Below the pieces are notes generated by a model. That model saw only the letters and a program-made list of their open reading frames with translations, did not search any database and was not told where the DNA came from. The translations under genes and the position numbers were made by a program. From positions 1,312,001-1,376,000 of the forward strand of contig CAWBOS010000012.1 in the NCBI GenBank assembly GCA_963790475.1: a DNA stretch of 64,000 nucleotides, written 5' to 3'. Shown piece by piece: positions 31,491 to 41,272 of this stretch; positions within the stretch are counted from its first letter, which is position 1; the number at the start of each line of letters is the position of its first letter. The DNA comes from an uncultured delta proteobacterium (lineage in GTDB: Bacteria; Desulfobacterota; RBG-13-43-22).

Positions 31491-33016
31491 AGGATTTTCA
31501 ACTGCAACAGGAAATTGATTGGCGATTGCGGGTTTTTGACTCATTGTCCTTCCCGACGCTAATCCTGACTCCTGAACATACCATCATCGCGGTCAATCAA
31601 AAATTGCAAGAGACCTATGGGTTGTCTCGGGAGAAACTCATCGGAAAAACTTGTCGAGAATTTTTTAAGACCTTTGAGGGCAATCAAGACCTCCCTTGTG
31701 CCAAAAATTTTTGCCCCCTGGATGAAACGCTCAGGGATGGAATGGGACATTCCCTGTTGCGTCGCATCCAGCATAAAGATGGCAGTGAACATTGGGAAGA
31801 TCGGGTTTTTTCCCCTATTCTGGATGATGCAGGAGAGGTTCTCTATGTCATAGAATCCATAAGGGATGTCACCCGGTCAAAGGCCATGGAAAAAGATTTG
31901 CATGACATTCGAGAATTTCTCAACCGGGTTTTGCAAAGCTCGGCCAGTGCTATCGTGGCTGCCGACCGGGAGGGCCTTGTTTTGTTGATGAACCGGGCAG
32001 CAGAGGAATTATTCGGCTACATTTTCAGGCCGGAGGAACGACTCAACATAAGTAATCTCTATCCTTCGGGCGTGGCTCGGGACATCATGAAAAAACTCCG
32101 GGATGATGAATATGGAGGACCAGGAAAGCTTCCGGTCACCCGGGTCGAGATCCTTACGGCACTCGGAGAGCAGATCCCGGTCGAGATGACTGGAGCCATT
32201 ATTTATGAGAATGGCCAGGAATCCGCAACCATGGGAGTCTATAACGACCTACGGGAAAGACTGACCTCCGAGAAAAAACTGCTGGAGGCCCAGTCTCAAT
32301 TGGTTCAAGCGGAAAAAATGGCCTCCCTTGGACGATTGTCCGCCGGTGTGGCCCATGAAATCAACAATCCACTGACCGGGATCCTCCTGTATGGTAAGCT
32401 GGTGAAAGAAAAAATTGGGAAAGACCATCCACTCCAATCAAGTTTAAACTGCATTATTGAAGATGTTGGGCGATGCCGGGATATCGTCAAAAACCTTTTG
32501 ACTTACAGCCGTCAATCCACCACCTCCAGGGATCGTTTTTCTTTGAACGACCTGGTGGATGAGAGTCTTCGTCTGATTCGGGATCAAAAACTGTTTATTA
32601 ACGTGACCATTCATAAGGATTTTTCCCAGGCGAGGATGCCGGTGAATGCCGACCGGAACAACATGAGCCAGGTGGTCATTATTCTGGTAATGAATGCTCT
32701 GGATGCCATGAATAAAAAGGGGACTCTGACCTTGAAGACCTATCGGGATGATCGGCAGAAAAAAGGGTGCCTGGAAATATCAGATACCGGAACCGGCATC
32801 CCTAAGGAGAACCTGTCCCGGATATTCGATCCGTTTTTTACGACCAAGGAACCGGGAAAAGGGACCGGTCTGGGATTAAGTACGGCTTATGGGATTGTCA
32901 AAGATAACAGCGGTGATATTTTCGTCAAAGGAACCGGGCCAGGAGGGACCTCCTTTGTGGTGGAACTTCCCTTGGATCTCGATTCCCTGTATGTCGACCA
33001 GGAGATGATTGGATAG
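31487..33016 (+). CDS. PAS-PAS histidine kinase (NtrB type)
   Basis: [21 protein letters not shown]. Confidence 0.93.
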   Translation: MKDFQLQQEIDWRLRVFDSLSFPTLILTPEHTIIAVNQKLQETYGLSREKLIGKTCREFFKTFEGNQDLPCAKNFCPLDETLRDGMGHSLLRRIQHKDGSEHWEDRVFSPILDDAGEVLYVIESIRDVTRSKAMEKDLHDIREFLNRVLQSSASAIVAADREGLVLLMNRAAEELFGYIFRPEERLNISNLYPSGVARDIMKKLRDDEYGGPGKLPVTRVEILTALGEQIPVEMTGAIIYENGQESATMGVYNDLRERLTSEKKLLEAQSQLVQAEKMASLGRLSAGVAHEINNPLTGILLYGKLVKEKIGKDHPLQSSLNCIIEDVGRCRDIVKNLLTYSRQSTTSRDRFSLNDLVDESLRLIRDQKLFINVTIHKDFSQARMPVNADRNNMSQVVIILVMNALDAMNKKGTLTLKTYRDDRQKKGCLEISDTGTGIPKENLSRIFDPFFTTKEPGKGTGLGLSTAYGIVKDNSGDIFVKGTGPGGTSFVVELPLDLDSLYVDQEMIG

Positions 33017-33108
33017 CTGAAGTCCACTCATAAAAACGGAAGAAATTCCTAAAAGGAAAACAGTTTTTTATTTCGGCTTATTCCGGCCTTTATCAACCGA
33101 GGTGCAGT

Positions 33109-34584
33109 ATGATCGCAGTAACGGAAATTCAAACCCAGTACCCTCCAAAAATCCTGGTTGTGGACGATGAATCGCGTATCCGGGAGGCCTGCAAACTGGT
33201 TTTGGAAGAATGCGGTTATGAGGTGTCCATGGCTTCCAGCGGAATTCAGGCCATTGAAGGTGTCTCGGCGGAACATTTCGATATTATATTGCTGGATTTA
33301 ATGATGCCTGAGATGTCCGGCTTCGATGTGCTGGCCAGGATCAAAGCTTTGGATCCGGGTACTTTGGTCATAGTGATCACCGGCTACGCCACATTGGAGC
33401 ATTCGGTGGAGGCCATGAAAAACGGGGCCTTCGATTTTATCCCCAAACCGTTTTCCCCGGAACATCTTCGGGTAACGGTGGCCAAGGCCATCGAATACAC
33501 CCAGGCCCTGCGGGACATCGCCGACAGCCGTTCCAGATTGCGGGTCCTGGTCAACCACATTACAGACGGGGTCATGTGCACCAACCCCCAGAATCAGATT
33601 GTGCTGGCCAATCCCGCTTTTTTAAGGATGGTCGGCTGCCCGGCCCCTTCGGCGATTGGGTGGCAGATGGATGAAGTTGTTCTCTATCCGCAGATACGCG
33701 AAATGGTTTCCCGGGCCTTGAACATGCCCGAATCGGAGTTGTCGGAATTGACCGAGGAAATCACCCTCAACAGCAATAATCCTACGGAGGAGTTGGTTCT
33801 AAGCATTCGATGTGCGCCCTTTCGAGACCGCATAGGCCGGAATCTTGGGGTGATCACCGTCTTGCACGATATTACCGCCTTGAAGCGGATGGACCGGATG
33901 AAGTCGCAATTTGTATCCACGGTGAACCATGAAATTCAAAGCCCACTGAATACGGTGATGATGCAATTACAGGTAATCCTGGATGGGTTGGCAGGGGAAC
34001 TGTCGGAAAAGCAACGGACCATCCTCTCCCGGGTTTCACAAAAAATCAATAGCCTGTCCCGGATGGCCTCTGAACTGCTAGACCTTGCCAAGATTGAATC
34101 CGGTCTTATCTCTCTTGAACGGGAGCCTGTGAATATACTGACCATCATTCGTGATCAGGTGGCTTTTCACCAGCCTCGGGCCGAATCCCAAGCGATCCGT
34201 CTGGAAATCGATGCCCCGGAAGTCCTGCCCCCGGTAGTGGCCAACCGGCGAAACATGGAAGCGGTCTTATCCAATTTGATCACCAATGCCATCAAATATA
34301 GTCCGGATGGGGGTCGAGTCACGGTTTCAGCCGCCGTCGAGGCCGATTTTCTTTCTATCCGGATTCAGGATACAGGCATCGGCATCAACTCCGAAGACCT
34401 TAAATTAGTTTTTAATCAGTTTTACAGGGTAAAAAACGAAAAAACCCGATATATCAACGGCACGGGTTTGGGATTGGCTATCGTTAAAAGAATTGTTGAG
34501 TCCCATGAAGGACGTATTAAGGTAGAAAGCCGTCCTGGAGAAGGCAGTACTTTTACCGTTATCCTTCCTTTGGGGTCTGGCTGA
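33109..34584 (+). CDS. REC-PAS-histidine kinase hybrid
   Basis: N-terminal REC; HEIQSP, NAIKY, GTGLGL. Confidence 0.92.
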   Translation: MIAVTEIQTQYPPKILVVDDESRIREACKLVLEECGYEVSMASSGIQAIEGVSAEHFDIILLDLMMPEMSGFDVLARIKALDPGTLVIVITGYATLEHSVEAMKNGAFDFIPKPFSPEHLRVTVAKAIEYTQALRDIADSRSRLRVLVNHITDGVMCTNPQNQIVLANPAFLRMVGCPAPSAIGWQMDEVVLYPQIREMVSRALNMPESELSELTEEITLNSNNPTEELVLSIRCAPFRDRIGRNLGVITVLHDITALKRMDRMKSQFVSTVNHEIQSPLNTVMMQLQVILDGLAGELSEKQRTILSRVSQKINSLSRMASELLDLAKIESGLISLEREPVNILTIIRDQVAFHQPRAESQAIRLEIDAPEVLPPVVANRRNMEAVLSNLITNAIKYSPDGGRVTVSAAVEADFLSIRIQDTGIGINSEDLKLVFNQFYRVKNEKTRYINGTGLGLAIVKRIVESHEGRIKVESRPGEGSTFTVILPLGSG

Positions 34585-34631
34585 TCCTTTCTAATCAATC
34601 ACCAATTTATGAAAATCAGTAATACCCCGTA

Positions 34632-35483
34632 TTAAAATACTCCTTTCCGTTTCAAAAGAGGCACTGGGTCCACAAAATGGCGGGACAGCCAGGTTTTCAC
34701 TTCAGGCCCCTTCCAGGAAACCCCGATCAATTCAGTAAAATAATAGACAGGCAAATCGTACTTTTTCCGGAAGATTTCCGCAATCTTCGTTTGGGGCATA
34801 TCCAGGTTGGCCTGACACATCTGACAGGAGACCACTATAGCCTCGGCCCCGGCTTCCAGTGCCCTTTCATAAAGGCGTTGTACCAGGGTGTGAACAATAT
34901 CGGGCCGGGCGATGGTATGACTGGCCCCGCAGCAGTCGGTTTTGTAGGACCAGTCATGGACGGTAGCACCCAGAGCCTTTAAGAGGGTATCCATATTCTG
35001 GGGATTTTCATAGGAGATGGCGCCGGTGATCTTGGGAGGGCGGTTGGCCATACAACCATAGTAACAGACGACCGACAGATCTTTTAAAGGTTGTTGGACC
35101 TTGGCCTGTATCTGAGATAGCCGATCAGGCCGGCTTAAGAAATCCAAAAGGTCCCAGACCCTGGTCTTCCCGGTATAGGCATAAGGGCGATCTTCCCTTG
35201 GCCCCTTTTGGAGTTCATGGGCGGCGGTCTTTAAGCGATTGAAACACATGGGGCAGGGGACAACCATATCGAGCCCGATTTTTTCGGCCAAAGCCAGGTT
35301 GCGTCCCGGCAGAGCGACGGACAAAAATTCATTGGTATTGTGAGCGGCTGTGGCCCCGCAACAGGACCAGTCGGGGATTTCCACAAGATCAACACCTAAT
35401 TGCCTGCAAACATAGGTTATGGATTCCTGATAGTCCTTGGCTGTGGCTTCCAGGGAACATCCGGGGTAGTAAGAGACTTTCAT
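34632..35483 (-). CDS. hdrB: Heterodisulfide reductase subunit B
   Basis: YYPGCSL, two CCG motifs, YYGC, CQMCQANLD. Confidence 0.93.
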   Translation of the reverse strand: MKVSYYPGCSLEATAKDYQESITYVCRQLGVDLVEIPDWSCCGATAAHNTNEFLSVALPGRNLALAEKIGLDMVVPCPMCFNRLKTAAHELQKGPREDRPYAYTGKTRVWDLLDFLSRPDRLSQIQAKVQQPLKDLSVVCYYGCMANRPPKITGAISYENPQNMDTLLKALGATVHDWSYKTDCCGASHTIARPDIVHTLVQRLYERALEAGAEAIVVSCQMCQANLDMPQTKIAEIFRKKYDLPVYYFTELIGVSWKGPEVKTWLSRHFVDPVPLLKRKGVF

Positions 35484-35503
35484 AAAAAACCTGAAATAAA
35501 AGC

Positions 35504-35968
35504 AGGCTATAGGCTATGGGCTATAGGCAATAGGTTAAAAACAATAAGAAAAACTTTACAGACTATGGTTGAAGAGATTTTTGTCTTGCCTGGATCAGCC
35601 GTCCGAGCATTTTGGCCAACTCTTCGCAATCCTGTTCGATTTTTTGGTAATCCTCTTCTGATAGATATCCAATATTGAAAGCAATCTCTACTTGTGTCCT
35701 CAACTCCGCAAGGGAACCCTTGGCCATAAAAAAGAAGCGTATGGAATCTCGGTCAGTATCGCGTTCGTCTCCTTCAGCGATATTGCTTGGGATACTTACA
35801 ACTGACCTCCTGATTTGATCTCGAAGAGAATAATCTTTGCTGATAGGCCCTGTGCTTGTAATTTGATATACTAATACCGCCAGGTCTTTGGACTTTTGCC
35901 AGACCATCAGATCCCGAAATCCTTTCCTCCCCATCAGTATCTTCCTCTTCCCCTATAGCCCATTGCCC
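35504..35968. mobile_element. Putative cassette: four-helix-bundle gene bracketed by inverted 7-bp arrays
   Basis: Arms aggctat-aggctat-gggctat-aggcaat (35504-35531) and cctatagcccattgcc (35952-35967), 15/16 inverted match; interrupts hdrC-hdrB. Mobility is inferred. Confidence 0.55.
35563..35934 (-). CDS. Four-helix-bundle protein (23S rRNA IVP / TIGR02436 family, Avd-like fold)
   Basis: FRDLMVWQKS, LRDQIRRS..SIPSNIAEG, AKGSLAELRTQ. Confidence 0.95.
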   Translation of the reverse strand: MGRKGFRDLMVWQKSKDLAVLVYQITSTGPISKDYSLRDQIRRSVVSIPSNIAEGDERDTDRDSIRFFFMAKGSLAELRTQVEIAFNIGYLSEEDYQKIEQDCEELAKMLGRLIQARQKSLQP

Positions 35969-36537
35969 CTTTCAAATAAATCTTTTATTTCTCCAATCTT
36001 TTTAATTCGCCTCGGAATTAAATGGAGTCTCCCTTTTCGAGCCATCGTCCAGCCTAAACGCATCTCATCAAGGAGAGTGCCGTCTTTCATTTTTTGCAGC
36101 CAATCGCCGCTTTTAAGCATATAATTTCCGACCAGGCCGGTTTCAAAGACCCTTCCCCTTTTACGGATGTCTTCCATAAAAACTTGATGAAAGGCCAGGA
36201 CCTTGCCTTCCGCGGCTAGTCCTTTTTCTTTGACCACCGATTGTTTCAGAAAGTCCATGACTCCGGCAATGTCTATTTCATTAGGGCAGCGGGTGGTACA
36301 GGTTTCACAGGAAGCACAGACCCAAATGGTGGCACTCTCCTGGACCTCCTGTTTTAATCCCATCTGGATATAACGCATGACCTGATCCGGGTAAATATCC
36401 ATGGCAAAAGTAACCGGACAACCGTTGGTGCATTTACGGCACTGAAAACAAGCCGAAACCTTGATCCCACTTTCTTCTTCGACCTGGTTAAGAAAACCCG
36501 AGGCCATTTCAATACATGTTAGTTCCGGTTTTTCCAT
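35953..36537 (-). CDS. hdrC: Heterodisulfide reductase subunit C
   Basis: CFQCRKCTNGCP, WVCASCETCTTRCP. Confidence 0.92.
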   Translation of the reverse strand: MEKPELTCIEMASGFLNQVEEESGIKVSACFQCRKCTNGCPVTFAMDIYPDQVMRYIQMGLKQEVQESATIWVCASCETCTTRCPNEIDIAGVMDFLKQSVVKEKGLAAEGKVLAFHQVFMEDIRKRGRVFETGLVGNYMLKSGDWLQKMKDGTLLDEMRLGWTMARKGRLHLIPRRIKKIGEIKDLFERGNGL

Positions 36538-36963
36538 AGGGATCCTCTACTAACCTTTTATCTCAAAATTATGTTATAATTTTGGAATCTAGTGCCAAGG
36601 CCAGGGGTTTTTTACCAGTTCTTTATTCATAATAATTTCTTTTCTTATTTTAGTACCAACAGCCAATTTAAGGCAAATAAAATCACATCCTTTGTGAGAA
36701 ATAGAGAAAGCTTCAATAAGCTTGTTCTCGATTTGATCGGAGAGCGGGAGTTTTAGATCCCTGGATAATGGTTTTCGCGAGAACATGGTGAAAAGACTTT
36801 TGGGAGAGTGGCTCCTTGTGTTATTTTAATTCGTTTAAACTTGAAAATGTAAAATGGCTCCTCAATTCCTATTGACAAATTACGTTCATTTTTGTTAATG
36901 ATTGTGAGCTTGTCCCAATTTGAACTATTTTTCTCTTGTGAAAATTACTTATAGGAGGGTACT

Positions 36964-37650
36964 ATGACTTTTATTGCCTTTGTCGAAGGCCCCCTGGTGT
37001 GGATTGCTTTTCTAACTTTCCTATTGGGAAGCGCTTTGCGCCTCCTCTTTTTCTTTACCTTAAGCAGTAAAAAAGACAAACCTATCTATCGTTTTTTCAG
37101 TTTGAAATGGATGCTTCTCTCCATTGTCCGCTGGCTTTTTCCGGCCAACGTAGATCTGAAAAAAAATCCCATCTTCTCCATCCTGGGCTATATTTTTCAT
37201 ATCTGTCTTTTGGCGGTCCCTTTGTTTTACAGTGCTCATGTGACCTTGTGGGAAGAAAGCCGCTTTAAATGGAAATGGTGGACCATGCCGGATTCCTGGG
37301 CTGATTGGCTGACCCTGATCTTGTTGGCCATCGCCGTCTTTTTTATCATCCGCCGAATCATTCTACCCAGTGTCCGGATTATTACCAACCCTTCCGATTA
37401 TCTGTTGATCGTCGTCTGCGCCTTGCCTTTCCTGACCGGGTATATTAACACCCATCCTGATGGGCTTGCTTATCAATGGATCACTTCGGCCCTTCCTATT
37501 TATGGCCAATACAGTAACACCATTCATATTATGAGCGCGGCCTTGATGTTGATCATCGTTCCCTTTACCAAACTCTCCCACTGGGTCCTTTTTTTCGTAT
37601 CCCGAGCGGTTACCGGGATGGAGTTTGGCAGAAGAAATTATCCCGTCTAG
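36964..37650 (+). CDS. NarI-like cytochrome b membrane subunit (TmcC/DsrM/HmeC-like)
   Basis: About 5 TM helices, His ligands (FH, AH, IH, SH), PFTKLSH. Confidence 0.8.
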   Translation: MTFIAFVEGPLVWIAFLTFLLGSALRLLFFFTLSSKKDKPIYRFFSLKWMLLSIVRWLFPANVDLKKNPIFSILGYIFHICLLAVPLFYSAHVTLWEESRFKWKWWTMPDSWADWLTLILLAIAVFFIIRRIILPSVRIITNPSDYLLIVVCALPFLTGYINTHPDGLAYQWITSALPIYGQYSNTIHIMSAALMLIIVPFTKLSHWVLFFVSRAVTGMEFGRRNYPV

Positions 37651-37665
37651 GCTCTGGTAATTAAA

Positions 37666-38973
37666 ATGAAGGAGACATCGATGTCCGAAAAAAGTCAATA
37701 TCCGGAAATCAGCATCAATCCCGAAGCGATAAGACAGGCCGTAGACAGCCGCATGAATGCCCGGCTGAAAATGTGGACCCGCATCTGCGCCCACTGCGGA
37801 CTTTGTGCCGACACCTGTCATTTTTATCTGGCCAAAAACAAAGATCCCAAGATGGTCCCGTCCTATAAGGCCCAAAAATTGAAAGAACTGGTCAAGAAAA
37901 AAGGCCGGGTGGATGAAAAATATCTTCAGTCACTATACGATATCGCTTTTGGAGACTGTACCGTTTGCCGTCGTTGCACCATGTACTGCCCGTTCGGTAT
38001 TGATATGGCTACTATGGTTTCCACTATACGGGGTATCCTGACTTCCCAGGGTATGGCTCCCAAAGGGCTAAAGGACGCCATCAAGAATTACCAGGAAACG
38101 GGCAACCAAATGGCTATCAGCGAAGAAGACTGGGTCGAGACCTTGAAGTGGATGGAAGAGGAACTTCAGGAGGAACTGCCCGGGGCGACCATCCCCATCG
38201 ATAAGGGGGGGGCCAGGATCATGTATACGGTCAACGCCCGGGAGCCCAAGTACTATCCTCAGGATATTCAACTGGCCGCCAAGGTTTTCCATATCGTCGG
38301 TGAGGATTGGACCCTGCCCAGCAAAATGGGCTGGGATGACACCAACCTGGCCATGTTTGCCGGAGATGCCAAAACCGCCGGGCATATTGTTCAATTGATT
38401 TATGACCGGGCCGTAGAATTGGGCGTCAAATATGTGGCTATAACCGAGTGCGGTCATGCCTACCGTTCCGTAGCCTTTGAGGGGCCGGTCTGGCTGGGTA
38501 AGGATTATCCCTTTAAAGTGGTCCATAGCGTCGAACTCTTCGCCCAATACATTCGAGAAGGAAGACTTAAATTCGACCGTAAGATTACCGAACCGGTTAC
38601 CTACCAGGATCCCTGCAATGTCTCCCGTAACGGAGGATTGTCCGGTGCGGCCCGCTATATTGTCAAGCATATTGCTGAGGATTTCCGGGAAATGGATCCC
38701 CACGGAGTCCATAATTTCTGCTGTTCCGGGGGCGGCGGGGCTATCCCAATGGGGCCCCCCTTTAAGAAACGCAGAATGGAAGCCGGGAAGGTCAAGGCTG
38801 ACCAGATCAAGGCCACCGGGGCCAAAATCGTCATCTGCCCCTGCCATAATTGTTACGACCAGGTTAATGATTTAAACAAGGAATACAATCTGGGTATCAA
38901 GGTCAAATCTTTCAAAGAGGTCTTTGAAGAGATCATGCACATCCCTGAGGAATTGAAAGCCAAGGAGGAATAG
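37666..38973 (+). CDS. HdrD-like Fe-S/CCG protein (TmcB/DsrK/HmeD-like)
   Basis: CAHCGLCADTC, CTVCRRCTMYCP, ECGH, DPCN, CCSGGGG. Confidence 0.85.
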   Translation: MKETSMSEKSQYPEISINPEAIRQAVDSRMNARLKMWTRICAHCGLCADTCHFYLAKNKDPKMVPSYKAQKLKELVKKKGRVDEKYLQSLYDIAFGDCTVCRRCTMYCPFGIDMATMVSTIRGILTSQGMAPKGLKDAIKNYQETGNQMAISEEDWVETLKWMEEELQEELPGATIPIDKGGARIMYTVNAREPKYYPQDIQLAAKVFHIVGEDWTLPSKMGWDDTNLAMFAGDAKTAGHIVQLIYDRAVELGVKYVAITECGHAYRSVAFEGPVWLGKDYPFKVVHSVELFAQYIREGRLKFDRKITEPVTYQDPCNVSRNGGLSGAARYIVKHIAEDFREMDPHGVHNFCCSGGGGAIPMGPPFKKRRMEAGKVKADQIKATGAKIVICPCHNCYDQVNDLNKEYNLGIKVKSFKEVFEEIMHIPEELKAKEE

Positions 38974-39008
38974 GAACGGGAATAAGAAATCTAAGATGTG
39001 ATTTATGT

Positions 39009-39110
39009 GAGCCTTTGGCCAGAGTCCAGGAAATCATTTAAGAGGTCGGTCCCGCCCAGGGCAGGAAGGACCTCTTTTGTCTAAAAGGAATGGGGTGTCG
39101 CAAGAGGCTC
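39009..39110. mobile_element. Degenerate 102-bp MITE-like element with ends resembling the IS at 47992-49398; carries a terminator-like hairpin
   Basis: GAGCCTTTGGCCAGA ... TGTCGCAAGAGGCTC (12/15 and 13/15 to the IS ends); inner agaggtc..gacctct-tttt; no TSD. Confidence 0.5.
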
Positions 39111-39123
39111 CGAGATCAACGGA

Positions 39124-39522
39124 TCAAGCCGGGCATAACCTCCCGATGTTGGCAATGAGCTCTTCCGCTTCCGGCGGTTTTTCGATATAAGCTTCCGGTT
39201 CAGGGATGGACGCCCCATGGTAGCGGTCCAGTTCCCGGATGGAATGCAGGAAGGTTTTTTGGGAGACCGCTGAGACCATGATTATGGGGATGTGTTTGGT
39301 GGTTTCATCGGATTTTAAGTCCCGGTACAATTTAAGCCCACTTTCTTTCGGCATCATAACATCCAGGATAATCAGATCGGGCTTGTGTTCTTTGATCATT
39401 TTTAAGCCTTCTTCTCCATCCTTGGCCACCAGAGACTTATAGCCTTTGCTTTCAACCAGGGTAGAGATAAAAATCCGAATATCTATCTCATCATCCACCA
39501 CTATTATTTTCTTTTTCACCAT
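39124..39522 (-). CDS. Single-domain response regulator
   Basis: VDDE, LDVMMP, EKP. Confidence 0.92.
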   Translation of the reverse strand: MVKKKIIVVDDEIDIRIFISTLVESKGYKSLVAKDGEEGLKMIKEHKPDLIILDVMMPKESGLKLYRDLKSDETTKHIPIIMVSAVSQKTFLHSIRELDRYHGASIPEPEAYIEKPPEAEELIANIGRLCPA

Positions 39523-39536
39523 TTTCCTCCCTTTAT

Positions 39537-40028
39537 CTACTTCCCTATTTTATCCAGTTGAAAATTTTTTTCCGGATATCGAATGGCCATGACGGTGCAA
39601 TGGGCGCGGCGGGCCACATTCTCAGCCGTACTGCCGAAGGTGATTCGATCCAAATCCGAACTGCCGGCGGCCCCGAGGACGATGAAATCCACGTTCTGGG
39701 CTCTTGCAAAACGGATGATCTCTACAAAGGGGACTCCTCCAACAACTTGAAATTCATAATGCTGGAAACCTCCCACCTTGGGTTCATACCGTTCTTTCAA
39801 ATTTTTCAAACTTTTTTCAATGAGTTCTTGAGAAATAAAGGCTTCTTCATTCCCTGGACATTGTTCATCAACGATGCTGCGCATATACTTATAAGGGGAA
39901 TGCAAAACATGAAGGATAAAAAGCCGGGCCTGATATTTTTCGGCTATGTCCAAAGCAGTTAAAAAGGCATAATCGGCGTCCTCCGAAAAGTCTGTACAGT
40001 AAAGAATCCTTTCATATTTTAGGGCCAT
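39537..40028 (-). CDS. Universal stress protein
   Basis: TDFS, FGSTAENVAR. Confidence 0.92.
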   Translation of the reverse strand: MALKYERILYCTDFSEDADYAFLTALDIAEKYQARLFILHVLHSPYKYMRSIVDEQCPGNEEAFISQELIEKSLKNLKERYEPKVGGFQHYEFQVVGGVPFVEIIRFARAQNVDFIVLGAAGSSDLDRITFGSTAENVARRAHCTVMAIRYPEKNFQLDKIGK

Positions 40029-40108
40029 GGAGACCTCCTTCGATGTATAGATAATTCTATTTTAACATTTCAACCCTATGGGCGCAATGATGAAAAAACC
40101 TATTGCCT

Positions 40109-41272
40109 TTATGCACCGGTCATCCGGATCGGCAGGACTACCTGAAAAACCGATCCTTTCAGAGGTTCGGAATGGAAACGAATCTCACCGCCGTGCTCTC
40201 GAACGATTTTCTGGGATATCAAAAGACCTAAACCCGTTCCTCGGGATCCTTTGGTGCTGAAAAAAATATTGAATAATTTTTGCCGGATTTCCTGATCCAT
40301 TCCAATCCCGTTGTCCCCAACTTCCAATAAGATTTTCTCATCCGGCAACCGTCTGCTTTTTATTAAGACTTCCGGGTTTTGGATTGCAGTTTTCCCTAAG
40401 GTGCAGGCGTCGATGGCATTTCCGGTCAGATTGACCAGGACCACCTGAATGCCCTTCGGGTCCAGGTCAACCGGTTCCATATCCTGTTCCAGATCGAGCC
40501 TCAGGCCCACGCCTTGCTGTTGACATTGGGCGTGGAAAAGGTCAAAGACTTCCCGTATTAAGTCGTTGGGATTTACGGACTCCCGTTCGGGGTTCCGTTC
40601 ACGGCAAAAATTAAGGAGGTCCTGGGTTAACCCGGATATCTTTTCGATATTCCGTTCCACCATGTCCCATCCTTCCTTCAGATATTTCATTTCGTTACGT
40701 TCGAAACCCTGGTTGACCATATAGCGGCCTCCTTTAAGACCGCTTAAAATGTTCTTGATGGCATGGGCCAGACCGGCGACCGTTTCCCCGGTGGCCGCAA
40801 GACGTTCGGCCTGAAGCAGGTCTTTTTGCATTCGCTCCAATTCATCCTTGGCTTTTTTTACCTCAATCTTCAAATCTTCATTATATCTCCTAGCCAGTCT
40901 TTTCCAGGCCAATTTTTCTTCGGCCCGGCGTAAGGCCCAAAAAAGGGCTTCATCATGAATGGGTTTGGTGATAAAATTAGAGGCCTCCAGTTGCAGAGAT
41001 TTTATAGCCAGATCCATCTCTCCGTGACCGGTAATCATGATCACTTCCGTATCAGGATTGAGGGCTTTGATTCTCTGCAGGACCTCCAATCCGTCAATGC
41101 CCGGCATCTTAATGTCGGTAAGCACGATTGGAGGGTCTTCCTGCTGGAAGAATTCCATCCCCTGTTCTCCGTCAGCCGCGAGGATGACCTCATAACCGGC
41201 ATCCCGGAGAGAGAGGCCCAGGATTTTTCGGATTCCATCCTCATCATCAATCAATAGCAATTTGGGTTTCAC
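40109..41272 (-). CDS. REC-histidine kinase hybrid
   Basis: TDIKMP, AHAIKN, FFSTK, GTGLGL. Confidence 0.92.
   Translation of the reverse strand: MKPKLLLIDDEDGIRKILGLSLRDAGYEVILAADGEQGMEFFQQEDPPIVLTDIKMPGIDGLEVLQRIKALNPDTEVIMITGHGEMDLAIKSLQLEASNFITKPIHDEALFWALRRAEEKLAWKRLARRYNEDLKIEVKKAKDELERMQKDLLQAERLAATGETVAGLAHAIKNILSGLKGGRYMVNQGFERNEMKYLKEGWDMVERNIEKISGLTQDLLNFCRERNPERESVNPNDLIREVFDLFHAQCQQQGVGLRLDLEQDMEPVDLDPKGIQVVLVNLTGNAIDACTLGKTAIQNPEVLIKSRRLPDEKILLEVGDNGIGMDQEIRQKLFNIFFSTKGSRGTGLGLLISQKIVREHGGEIRFHSEPLKGSVFQVVLPIRMTGA

Noticed and set aside
35563-35934. 23S rRNA intervening sequence
   Set aside because: No rRNA sequence flanks the gene; it lies between hdrC and hdrB.
36583-36598. 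sigma54 promoter for hdrC (TGGCACTAG on minus strand)
   Set aside because: No TTGC at -12 with correct spacing; the TGGCAT at 49620 fails the same way.
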